From assembly GCA_963817185.1 (NCBI GenBank), contig CAWFNN010000007.1, positions 502,257-566,256 of the forward strand: a stretch of DNA of 64,000 nt, in the 5' to 3' direction. The position numbers and the translations under genes were made by a program. Of the stretch, positions 23,412 through 32,533 are shown in pieces. Position 1 is the stretch's first letter. Each line of letters starts with the position of its first letter. The notes under the pieces were generated by a model that ran no database searches, had not been told where the DNA came from, and saw only the letters and a list, made by a program, of their open reading frames with translations. This stretch comes from an uncultured Alphaproteobacteria bacterium. Lineage in GTDB: Bacteria > Pseudomonadota > Alphaproteobacteria > Acetobacterales > Acetobacteraceae.

Positions 23412-24731
23412 ATGCTTGTACCCTCACCGAAATGGCTGGATACCGGCGACAATGCCTGGCAACTGGCAGCCGCGACGTTTGTCGGGCTGCAGAGCATCCC
23501 CGGCCTGATGGTTCTTTATGGCGGCGTCGTCAAGAAGAAATGGGCCATCAACTCGGCGTTCATGTCGATGTATGCGTTCGCCTCGGTCCTGGTTGCCTGG
23601 GTCCTGGTCGCCTACAACATGGCGTTTGGACCGCAATGGTTGCCGTTCGTCGGCAAACCGATGCTCGCGACGTCGGCGGCGTTCACGATTGGGCAGGCAA
23701 CGATACCGGCGGCCGCCTCGGGAATGCCTGAACTTGCTTTCCCGATGGCAACGCTGATTTTCTTCCAGTTCGTCTTCGCGGCGATCACTGTCATCATCCT
23801 GGCCGGGTCGGTGCTGGGACGGATGAATTTCGCGGCATGGGTGATTTTCTGCCCGGCGTGGATCATTTTGGTCTACACGGTGGGCGCGTTCAGTCTGTGG
23901 GGCGGTGGATGGCTCGCCGGGCTGGGGGTGGTCGATTTCTCAGGCGGCTACGTCATCCATCTGGCCGCCGCGAGTTCGGGCTTCGTCGCCGCGGCCATGG
24001 TCGGCCCGCGACTGCAGCAGGATCGCCAGAATTTCCCGCCCAACAGCCTGCTGATCACATTGGTCGGCGGCGGCATCCTGTGGCTCGGCTGGAACGGCTT
24101 CAACGGCGGTGACCCCTACTTCGCCAATGCCGATGCCGGTGTCGCGGTTCTAAACACCAACACCGCCACGGCGGTCGCGGTACTGGTCTGGACGCTGTGC
24201 GACAAGCTGGCCTACGGCAAGCCGTCGGTCATCGGCGCGGTGAACGGCATGATCGCCGGGCTGGTCGCGATCACCCCGGCAGCCGGCTATGTGAATGGAT
24301 GGGGCGCCATCATCATCGGCATCTGCGCCGGCATCATCCCCTGGATGAGCATGAACTGGCTGCAGAAGACCGCGTTCATGATGCGGGTGGACGACACGCT
24401 GAGCGTGTTCTCGACGCACGGCGTGGCTGCCATCACCGGCGGATTGCTGACAGGCGTGCTGGGGTGCCCCGACATGCTGGAGTACATCGGTACGGAGAAG
24501 GATGCCCCTGGCGTCAGCGTCACGGGCCTGATCTACGGCAATCCGCACCAGCTTGTGCTGCAGATCTACGGTGCGCTGTTCGTTATTGTCTACAATGTCA
24601 TCGTCACCTTCATCATCCTCAAAGTGATTTCGTTCATTGTGCCACTGCGGATGGACGAGGCGACACTGAGGGTGGGCGATGACGCCGTGCACGGCGAGAC
24701 CGCTTACGCGATCGGCGTGGAGGGCGAATAG
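23412..24731 (+). CDS. amtB: Ammonium transporter (Amt/Mep, plant AMT2-like clade)
   Basis: DFSGGYVIH, WLGWNGFNGG, GLVAITP, DDTL..FSTHG; GGAGG RBS. Confidence 0.95.
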   Translation: MLVPSPKWLDTGDNAWQLAAATFVGLQSIPGLMVLYGGVVKKKWAINSAFMSMYAFASVLVAWVLVAYNMAFGPQWLPFVGKPMLATSAAFTIGQATIPAAASGMPELAFPMATLIFFQFVFAAITVIILAGSVLGRMNFAAWVIFCPAWIILVYTVGAFSLWGGGWLAGLGVVDFSGGYVIHLAAASSGFVAAAMVGPRLQQDRQNFPPNSLLITLVGGGILWLGWNGFNGGDPYFANADAGVAVLNTNTATAVAVLVWTLCDKLAYGKPSVIGAVNGMIAGLVAITPAAGYVNGWGAIIIGICAGIIPWMSMNWLQKTAFMMRVDDTLSVFSTHGVAAITGGLLTGVLGCPDMLEYIGTEKDAPGVSVTGLIYGNPHQLVLQIYGALFVIVYNVIVTFIILKVISFIVPLRMDEATLRVGDDAVHGETAYAIGVEGE

Positions 24732-24906
24732 CCGGCCGGACGTTCCGGAGGGGCCGCGTGGCGACAGGCGGACCTGTGGCGGGTGGGCAACAACCCGCCA
24801 CAGCCGGTTCGGGCCTGACGGAGGTTTTCCACAGGCAAAGGCCGGCCACCGGCCAGATGCACTCGTCCGGCCGCGCACGAGGTCTTTTCGCACAGTGGGC
24901 CGTACC

Positions 24907-25128
24907 ATGCGCCGGTGGGTTGGATTTCGGTTGGCCTGGGCTCGATTGCGACTGGCTGAACAGCGTAGCCGCGTGCGATGTCGGCTGGCCGGCTGGCGAG
25001 GGCGCGACCCCAAGCCGTGGGTCCTCGTGCTGGTGGGCATGACGCTCGGGTTCGGACTCCTGCTGATGCCGCTCGCCTTGCTCGGGATATTCCGCCTCGT
25101 GGCCAGCGTCACGCACTCGCTCCGCTGA
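24907..25128 (+). CDS. Possible small membrane protein
   Basis: Basic N-terminus then one long hydrophobic segment; no recognised family. Confidence 0.3.
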   Translation: MRRWVGFRLAWARLRLAEQRSRVRCRLAGWRGRDPKPWVLVLVGMTLGFGLLLMPLALLGIFRLVASVTHSLR

Positions 25129-25471
25129 TCCGTCGGACCGGGCGGCGGCGGCACGCGCGATCCGTGGACACAGCGTGCCGTGGACCACGCAGTCTTGGAA
25201 ATCCGTCGAAGCGAGACCGGTCCGGCTCTGCTCAGGCTGATATCGTTGCCAGGCTGCCGATCCTGCCTGGAGGACGCCGGAACATTATGCCAAGCGCCCG
25301 GGCAATGGGCCTGAGAAGCGGATGGCCCGGAACCCGGGGTCGAACGCGGCCATGCCTTGCGCCCCGTCTGCGATTTCCGCCAGCGGCAGCCGCTCCCCCG
25401 CGATTTGACTTGCCCCAGGCGGAGGCGGATGAGACTTTGCGTCGGTAACGGAAAACGGGAGGAAAATCATC

Positions 25472-25900
25472 ATGAGCGACTCGTATTCGGGAGCGTGCTT
25501 TTGCGGGGCTGTCGAGATTCGCGTGACCGGTCAGCCTAATGCGATGGGCTATTGCCATTGCCGGTCGTGCCGTTCGTGGTCCGGCGGCCCTGTCAATGCG
25601 TTCTCGCTCTGGTCGCCGCAGGCAGTCGAGGTGGTCAAGGGCGCCGAGAATATTGCGACATATCACAAGACGGAAATGAGCCACCGCCAGTTCTGCCGCG
25701 TATGCGGCGGCCACCTGATGGCCGCGCACCCGCCGTTGCAAATGGTCGACGTCTTCGCGGCAACGATACCGGATCTCGCATTCACCCCGCAGGTGCATGT
25801 CAATTATGCCGAAACCGTGCTGCGGATGCACGACGGGCTGCCGAAGCTGAAGGATTTTCCGGCTGAATTTGGCGGCTCCGGCGAATCTGTCCCCGAATAG
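25472..25900 (+). CDS. GFA (glutathione-dependent formaldehyde-activating/CENP-V) family protein
   Basis: GACFCG, CHCRSCR, FCRVCG motifs. Confidence 0.9.
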   Translation: MSDSYSGACFCGAVEIRVTGQPNAMGYCHCRSCRSWSGGPVNAFSLWSPQAVEVVKGAENIATYHKTEMSHRQFCRVCGGHLMAAHPPLQMVDVFAATIPDLAFTPQVHVNYAETVLRMHDGLPKLKDFPAEFGGSGESVPE

Positions 25901-26016
25901 ACCCGAGCGGGAAGCGGGAATTCCAGGAGCCCGGCATGGTTCAGCCCGGGGCTCCCGATCCGCGCCGGCGGATGACCAATCGCGACAACGACGGCGGCAC
26001 GGGCTAAACAGGCCGC

Positions 26017-26901
26017 ATGCGATACCGTGTCCAGCATATCACGCGCTATGCGTACGGCACTCCGGTCGAACTGGCCGCGCACATGGTACATTTGCGGCCA
26101 CGGCCGCGGCCGTGGCAGATCGTCCTGTCGGAGCGCATCACCACTGAGCCGATGCCCGCTCGCCGGCGCGATGGACTGGATCACTTCGGCAACCACGTCA
26201 CGTGGCTGTTCATGGACATGCCGCACGCTGATTTCGAGGTGACGTCGGAGTCCGTTGTCGAAGTCGATTGTCCGCCGCCGCCCGGCGCCGGGGATACTCT
26301 GCCGTGGGAGTGCGTGGTGCAGGCGGCCCGCAGTCACGCGGGCTGGCAGGCGGTCGAATTCCAGTTCGGCACGGTGATGGCGCCGGTGAACGCCGAGTCG
26401 AAAGCCTACGCCAGCAAATCGTTCAGCAAGGGGCGTCCGGTGCTGGAGGCGCTGCTGGAACTGAACAACCGGATCTACAGCGAATTCCGCTTCCGTCCCG
26501 GGGTCACCACGATCTCCACCCCGGTATCGCAGATAATGGAGCGGCGGGAGGGCGTTTGTCAGGATTTTACCCATGCGATGATCAGCGGGTTGCGCGGCAT
26601 CGGATTGCCGGCCCGCTATACCTCGGGTTACATCCGCACCAAGCCGCCGCCGGGCCAACAGAAGCGCCACGGCGCGGACCAGTCGCACGCCTGGGTCGGT
26701 TGCTGGCTCGGTCCGGAGCACGGTTGGGTGGACGTCGATCCGACTAACGGCATCGTGGTCAAGGATGAGCACGTGCTGCTGGGCTGGGGCCGGGATTTCA
26801 GCGACGTCAGTCCGGTACGCGGCGTGATCCTGGGCGGCGGCAACCACGTGGTCCGCGTCAGCGTCGATCTTGAGCCGATGGAGGAGGCAGAAGCCGAATG
26901 A
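26017..26901 (+). CDS. Transglutaminase-like protein with Bact_transglu_N domain
   Basis: H.T.Y.Y N-terminus, D.FGN, GVCQDF, SHAW, DPTN, GRDFSDV. Confidence 0.93.
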   Translation: MRYRVQHITRYAYGTPVELAAHMVHLRPRPRPWQIVLSERITTEPMPARRRDGLDHFGNHVTWLFMDMPHADFEVTSESVVEVDCPPPPGAGDTLPWECVVQAARSHAGWQAVEFQFGTVMAPVNAESKAYASKSFSKGRPVLEALLELNNRIYSEFRFRPGVTTISTPVSQIMERREGVCQDFTHAMISGLRGIGLPARYTSGYIRTKPPPGQQKRHGADQSHAWVGCWLGPEHGWVDVDPTNGIVVKDEHVLLGWGRDFSDVSPVRGVILGGGNHVVRVSVDLEPMEEAEAE

Positions 26902-27137
26902 GCCGCCTTCTCGTGCGATGGCACGCCGACTGGCGCGTTCCGTGTCGGAGCCTATGTGGAACTGTGGAACGGGCACCGGAGGCAATGATGCACGAGGTCT
27001 TCCGCGCATGCCTGCGGCAGCAGGCTGCGTCGGTGTGCCACCAAGCGATCCGACCTCCAGCCATACAATGGGCTGCCCTTGTCCCGTGGTCGCGTGCCGA
27101 GGAGACTGAAGAGGCGGCGACAACTTGAGAAAGATGT

Positions 27138-28871
27138 TCAATAATCGGCGGCGTTGGGATCGAATTCCAGCACGGTATCACCCGGATGAACCGAGGAGTC
27201 GCCGGCGTAAATATCGCGGTCCCTGGTTTCCGGCACGAACAGCAAGCCGATGATCGCCGTGCCCGCCGCGATCACGATCGGATACCACAGCCCATAGTAG
27301 ACGCTGCCGGTCTGGGCGTTCATCGCGAACATCGAGGCCGGCAACAATCCGCCGAACCAGCCGTTGCCGATGTGATACGGCAGCGACATCGAGGTATATC
27401 GGATGCGCGTCGGGAACAACTCCACCAAGGCGGCTGCCATGGGACCATAGACCATGGTGACCAGCACCATCAGGAAGATCAGGATCAGAACCAGCGTGAA
27501 CGGTTGGGGCCGGAATATGTCCCACCAGTGGGCCAGTTTCACCACCGATGGGTTCGACGCCGCCGGGTAGCCGACCGCGGTCAGCGTGGTCGCCAGATCG
27601 GCGGCAAATCCTTTGGCCTTCGGGTCCAGCGTCTTGTCACCGATCTTGATGCTGGCCGGCATTCCTGGCGCTGCATCCTGCTGAGAGTAGGTCACCGAGG
27701 CCTTGGACAGTGATGCCTTGGCGACGTCGCAACTGTTGACGAACTTCGACAATCCCGTCGGATTGAACTGGAACGAGCAGTCGGCGGGATCGGCCACCAC
27801 CACGACGTGCACCATCTCATGTGCCTTGGTCAGTGCCGGGTTGGCGGTCTCGGCCATGTATTTGAAGACCGGGAAGTAGGTCAGGGCAGCCAGCAGGCAG
27901 CCACCCAGGATGATGGGTTTGCGGCCGATCCTGTCGGACAGCCAGCCGAACAGGATGAAGCCGAAGGCACCGACCGCCAGCGCCCAGGCCACCAGCAAAT
28001 TGGCCGAGAAGCTGTCCACCTTCAGCACGCCCGTAAGGAAAAACAGCGCGTAGAACTGCCCCGAGTACCACACCACGGCCTGGCCGGCGACGAGGCCGAA
28101 CAACGCCAGGATGGCCCATTTGGCATTGGCCCACTGACCGAACGCCTCGCTAAGCGGCGCCTTCGAGTGGGCGCCTTGCGCCTTCATCTTCAGGAACGCC
28201 GGGCTTTCGCTGAGTTGCAGGCGAATCCAGACCGAAATCGCCAGCAGAAGAACGGACACCAGGAACGGAATGCGCCAGCCGTAGGCCCTGAAGTCGGCGG
28301 CGCTCATGGAGGCCTGCACGAACAGGATCACCAGCAACGACAAGAACAGGCCGAGAGTCGCGGTGGTCTGGATCCAGCTTGTGTAGAACCCTCGCCTTCC
28401 CTGCGGTGCATGTTCGGCCACATAGGTCGCCGCACCGCCGTACTCGCCGCCGATCGCGAGGCCTTGCAGGATGCGCAGGCTGATCAGGATGACGGCGGCG
28501 GTGATGCCGATACTGTCGGATGTCGGCAGGATGCCGACGACAAAGGTTGACGAACCCATGATCAGGATGGTCACGAGGAAGGTGTATTTGCGGCCGACCA
28601 GATCGCCGATGCGACCAAACACCAAGGCACCGAACGGACGCACCAGGAAGCCTGCCGCGAACGCCAGAAGGGCAAAGATGTTACGCGTCGTCTCATCGAA
28701 CTGGCCAAAGAACTTGGCGCCGATGATGACGGCGAGCGAGCCGTACAGATAAAAGTCGTACCACTCGAAAACAGTGCCCAGCGATGAAGCCAGGATGATC
28801 TTCTTCTCATCCGACGTCATCGGCCGCACCAGCGGCGCCATTCCGCCCAACTGAGCCGCGCTTGCCCTCAT
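27138..28871 (-). CDS. MFS metabolite:H+ symporter (MHS family)
   Basis: GTVFEWYDF, GDLVGRK, GGEYGGA, WRIPFL, ELFPTRIRY. Confidence 0.93.
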   Translation of the reverse strand: MRASAAQLGGMAPLVRPMTSDEKKIILASSLGTVFEWYDFYLYGSLAVIIGAKFFGQFDETTRNIFALLAFAAGFLVRPFGALVFGRIGDLVGRKYTFLVTILIMGSSTFVVGILPTSDSIGITAAVILISLRILQGLAIGGEYGGAATYVAEHAPQGRRGFYTSWIQTTATLGLFLSLLVILFVQASMSAADFRAYGWRIPFLVSVLLLAISVWIRLQLSESPAFLKMKAQGAHSKAPLSEAFGQWANAKWAILALFGLVAGQAVVWYSGQFYALFFLTGVLKVDSFSANLLVAWALAVGAFGFILFGWLSDRIGRKPIILGGCLLAALTYFPVFKYMAETANPALTKAHEMVHVVVVADPADCSFQFNPTGLSKFVNSCDVAKASLSKASVTYSQQDAAPGMPASIKIGDKTLDPKAKGFAADLATTLTAVGYPAASNPSVVKLAHWWDIFRPQPFTLVLILIFLMVLVTMVYGPMAAALVELFPTRIRYTSMSLPYHIGNGWFGGLLPASMFAMNAQTGSVYYGLWYPIVIAAGTAIIGLLFVPETRDRDIYAGDSSVHPGDTVLEFDPNAADY

Positions 28872-29073
28872 GAGATTAACGCCCTTCCCCGAAACGTTCT
28901 TTGCCGGCACCGGGAGCGCGGTTTTTTGAGCACCTCCCGCGGTGTTGCCCGCCGTCGATTGGACGGCGGGCAGAAATCATTAACTGAAGTTAAGGACGGT
29001 GGACAGAGGGAAATAATTGGCGGAAGCCCAAGGGCAGCCGTGGCGGCATTGGGTACGCCTTGACCTCGTGACG

Positions 29074-29769
29074 TTACCACTGCTCCATGAGGGCTCGGGT
29101 TTCCTGGACGGCGACATCCCAGATCTCCAGCATCTCGGCATCGTCGCGCTGGTAGCGGCCACCAAAGTTGCCGTCGTCCAGCAACAGGCGGACCTCGAAC
29201 GGTGGGAGGGTGCGCAGCCGCTCGATGTCGACCATCGGCCTGCTTCCCTCTGCCGGAGGACGCAAGGGCAGCCGCGTCCAGGGGAAATTCTCCATCCAAC
29301 TGCCATGGCTGGCGAGAGGGTCGATGCGCTGGATCGCGGCCAGCGTCAGGGGTGCGCGCCACCAGTCGTGGATACGGACCCGGGCGTCGGGATGATCCAT
29401 CATCCACTCCTGGGCGATCGCCGCCGCCGGCTGATTTCCGGCGTGGCCGTTCACGATCAGGATGCGGCGGAAGCCGCTGCCTTTGAGACCGTCGAGTACG
29501 TCCCGCAGCAGCGCCGCGTATGTCGCAACGCGCAGTGTCACCGTGCCCGGGAAGCCGCTGAAACAGGGGGTCAGCCCATAGGTGATGGCGGGGAACACGG
29601 GGATGTCCAGAGGTTCGGCTGCCTCGGCTGCGATCCGTTCCGCCAGAATCGAATTGGTCGTCAGGGACAGCCCGGCGTGCTGTTCCGTACTTCCGAGCGG
29701 CAGGACACACCGGTCATCGTGCCGTACCCAGTCCTCCACCATACGCCAGTCCATATTCGCGATTCGCAT
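29074..29769 (-). CDS. Creatininase family amidohydrolase
   Basis: PLGSTEQH, FPGT, NGHAGN, H...E motifs. Confidence 0.88.
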   Translation of the reverse strand: MRIANMDWRMVEDWVRHDDRCVLPLGSTEQHAGLSLTTNSILAERIAAEAAEPLDIPVFPAITYGLTPCFSGFPGTVTLRVATYAALLRDVLDGLKGSGFRRILIVNGHAGNQPAAAIAQEWMMDHPDARVRIHDWWRAPLTLAAIQRIDPLASHGSWMENFPWTRLPLRPPAEGSRPMVDIERLRTLPPFEVRLLLDDGNFGGRYQRDDAEMLEIWDVAVQETRALMEQW

Positions 29770-30087
29770 TCATCCTCCAGTCCATCACGCTGTTGCGAGA
29801 CCCGACGCTGATCCGCCGGGCAGCGGGCGTCAATGCGGTCGGTATCGGCGCGAGCCCGTTGTCAGCATCGCCGCTCATGCGCCCGGACTCACGCAATTCT
29901 CGGTCATCGCGGCGGTACGCAACCGCCGGACCACGAACAGTCCGGGAATGCGAAGCATCACGACCATGGCGACGGCCATGAGGGCGCCGGTTTGCCGCTG
30001 AGCGATTTCATCCACTGCGTCATCGTCCGCCAACGATGCTTTTCGGAGCGTTTCCAAGTCCATTGGAACCGCGCCCGCTCATGTTGG

Positions 30088-30145
30088 GCGAGCGATTCGC
30101 ATGGCCTGAGGTCGTTTCTCGATCCGGGTCAGACGGACATTGCGC
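30088..30145. repeat. Palindromic repeat family 2 copy
   Basis: GAGCGATTCGCATGGCCTGAGGTCG...GGTCAG. Confidence 0.5.
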
Positions 30146-30242
30146 CAGAAACAAAATCCTCCCGATGCGACGCGGCCCGCTTAGCGCATCAAGGGGTCAT
30201 TTGGAAGCGAGACAAGCGGTGGCGGCGCGCGGCCTGTTTCGA

Positions 30243-30348
30243 TGGACAAATCTTCAGCCTGACTGTGCAGGCCGAAAATGGTCTATCTCTTTGTTTGGTC
30301 GCATGATTCACGCGCGGGGACGTTCCGCTCAGCGCGATCATGCTCTAG
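30243..30348. repeat. CTAG-bounded palindromic repeat (family 1)
   Basis: Near-identical to 40785-40893. Confidence 0.88.
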
Positions 30349-30366
30349 GCATGCTATAGCGCTTGG

Positions 30367-31017
30367 GTGACAGGGAAGGACTGCGGCGTGGAAGGAGTGC
30401 GGCACCTGAGCCAGGATTCTCGGTTCGCGGCGCTGATCAGCCGCGTCGGGCCGCCGCGACTGGTGGTGCAGCGGCAGCGCAGCCCGTATGAAGCCCTGAT
30501 TCGCGCGATCGCGCACCAGCAACTGCATGGACGCGCCGCCGAGACGATCCTGGCGCGGTTCTCGGCGCTGTTTCCGGGCGATGGCTTTCCTGAACCGGAT
30601 GTAGTCATGGCCACCGCGGACTCCGCGTTGCGTGGCTGCGGCTTCTCCGGCGGCAAGATCGCGGCGATCCGCGATATCTGCGCCAAGGCGCTGGACGGGA
30701 CAGTGCCCACCCGCCGGCAATCGCACCGCCTGAGCGACGAGGTGCTGATCGAGCGGTTGACGACAATTCGCGGCGTCGGCCGCTGGACCGTCGAGATGCT
30801 GCTGATCTTCACCCTCGGGCGCCCCGACGTGCTGCCGGTCGACGATTTCGGCGTGCGGGAAGGGTATCGCGTGCTGCACGGGCTGGAGACGCAGCCGAAG
30901 CCGAAGCTGCTGGCGGAGATCGGTTCGGCATGGGCGCCGTACCGATCCCTGGCCACGTGGTACCTGTATCGCGCCGCCGAAGAGGCAAGGCGACAGGGGC
31001 CGACGAGCCGGGCGTAG
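30367..31017 (+). CDS. alkA: DNA-3-methyladenine glycosylase II (AlkA family)
   Basis: AIAHQQL, HhH motif GVGRWTVEM, LPVDDFGVR, WAPYRS. Confidence 0.88.
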   Translation: MTGKDCGVEGVRHLSQDSRFAALISRVGPPRLVVQRQRSPYEALIRAIAHQQLHGRAAETILARFSALFPGDGFPEPDVVMATADSALRGCGFSGGKIAAIRDICAKALDGTVPTRRQSHRLSDEVLIERLTTIRGVGRWTVEMLLIFTLGRPDVLPVDDFGVREGYRVLHGLETQPKPKLLAEIGSAWAPYRSLATWYLYRAAEEARRQGPTSRA

Positions 31018-31029
31018 GAAGCGCCGCCG

Positions 31030-31755
31030 TCAGTGAAACGTTCGACCGCCATCGACCGGAAGCGCGATCCCGGTGACGAACGATGATTCGGGCGCGGTGA
31101 GAAACAGGATCGCCGCGGCGATTTCCTCGGGCGCGGCGGGTCGGCGCAGGGCATAACGGGCGGTCAGTTCCGGCTGCACATCGCCCGCCGCGTTGCGCAG
31201 GAACCCCTGCGTCATCGGGGTCTCCACCATGCCGGGGCACACGACGTTCACCCTGATGGAGGGTGCGAGTTCCATCGCCAGGGCCTTGGTCATGGCGATA
31301 ACTCCGCCCTTCGAGGCGACATAGGCGGTGCTACCGGGACCTGTGGGCGTGATGCCGACACCCGATCCGATGTTGACGATGGTGGCCGGCACTCCAGCCG
31401 CCAGCAGGATCGGTGCGGCGGCCTGCACGACCAGGAACGTCCCCGTCAGATTGACCGCGAGGGTGCGACTGAACAGCTCCGCGGTGGTGTCCGCGATGCC
31501 TGCCGGCGAAAAGATGCCGGCGGCGTTCACGACCCCGTCCAGGCCGCCGAGCGCCGACTCGGCCGCGCGCACCGCCTGGCGGACCGAATCCGCTTCCGCC
31601 ACGTCCACTGGCACGAACAGTACGTCGTGATCATCGGCTGAGCGGTCCAGAACGGCGACCGCGGCGCCTTCGCGGCGGAACAGCGCCGCGGTTGCCCGCC
31701 CGATACCGGAAGCCCCTCCGGTGATCAGGATTTTTCGTCCAGCCAAGCGTGCCAT
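31030..31755 (-). CDS. SDR family oxidoreductase
   Basis: TGGASGIG, NAAG, YVASK. Confidence 0.93.
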   Translation of the reverse strand: MARLAGRKILITGGASGIGRATAALFRREGAAVAVLDRSADDHDVLFVPVDVAEADSVRQAVRAAESALGGLDGVVNAAGIFSPAGIADTTAELFSRTLAVNLTGTFLVVQAAAPILLAAGVPATIVNIGSGVGITPTGPGSTAYVASKGGVIAMTKALAMELAPSIRVNVVCPGMVETPMTQGFLRNAAGDVQPELTARYALRRPAAPEEIAAAILFLTAPESSFVTGIALPVDGGRTFH

Positions 31756-32206
31756 GATCGTTGCTCCTCCTTCTCAGCCGTTTTTGTTCCGCGGCCCGAA
31801 GCGGTGGCCTCCGGCGGTTGCTGTTGTCGCCCGACAGTCACTGCACGACTTGCCCCGGCTCGTCACCGGTACCGCGCCGGGTGAAATGACGGGGCCATGT
31901 CGCAACAGTCATCCGGCTCGCGCGTCGTGCACCACGATGGACGAAAGTGCGATCGGTGTGAACGGGCGTCGCCTGTGGCTCCACGGTCAGAGCATTGGAA
32001 TCGCGGATACACCGACAAGCGCTGATGGGCCGGTCGGCACCAGCCGAGACCCTGGCGCATCGACCCGCTATATCCGCGTTCGATCGCGTGCATCCATCCT
32101 GCTTCCGTCGGCGCGTGATGATGGCGCGCATGGAACATGCCAGCGGGTCCAAGTGCTACTTTCGCAACAGGGGCACACCGTCATAAACTGTCACTTTCGT
32201 AAACCG

Positions 32207-32533
32207 TCACTCGGCCTGCGCCACGTCATACATGGCGTCATCGACGCACAGCTTCATGTCGTCGGCGCTCCGGGCGAACAGATAAGCCTTCGGCAGATTC
32301 GCCGTCTGGAAAAAAGTGTCCTTGCAGCGGATCACGGAATTGTCGCTGAACACCAGGATCCGATAGCGAGTGCAGCCGTTGAAGCCGGGTACCCGCCTGC
32401 CGTCGTCGATGTAGGCCTCGATGGTCTTGCCGAACACCAGCGTATAGCCGATCACCTGGCTCAGGTCGCACATTGCCGCCGCGGAGCGAGTCGACAGCGC
32501 CAGCAGGAGGGACGCGGCCAGGATCCCGCGCAT
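32207..32533 (-). CDS. Small secreted hypothetical protein with 4 Cys
   Basis: Signal peptide ending AAA; start overlaps stop of the TPP enzyme gene. Confidence 0.65.
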   Translation of the reverse strand: MRGILAASLLLALSTRSAAAMCDLSQVIGYTLVFGKTIEAYIDDGRRVPGFNGCTRYRILVFSDNSVIRCKDTFFQTANLPKAYLFARSADDMKLCVDDAMYDVAQAE

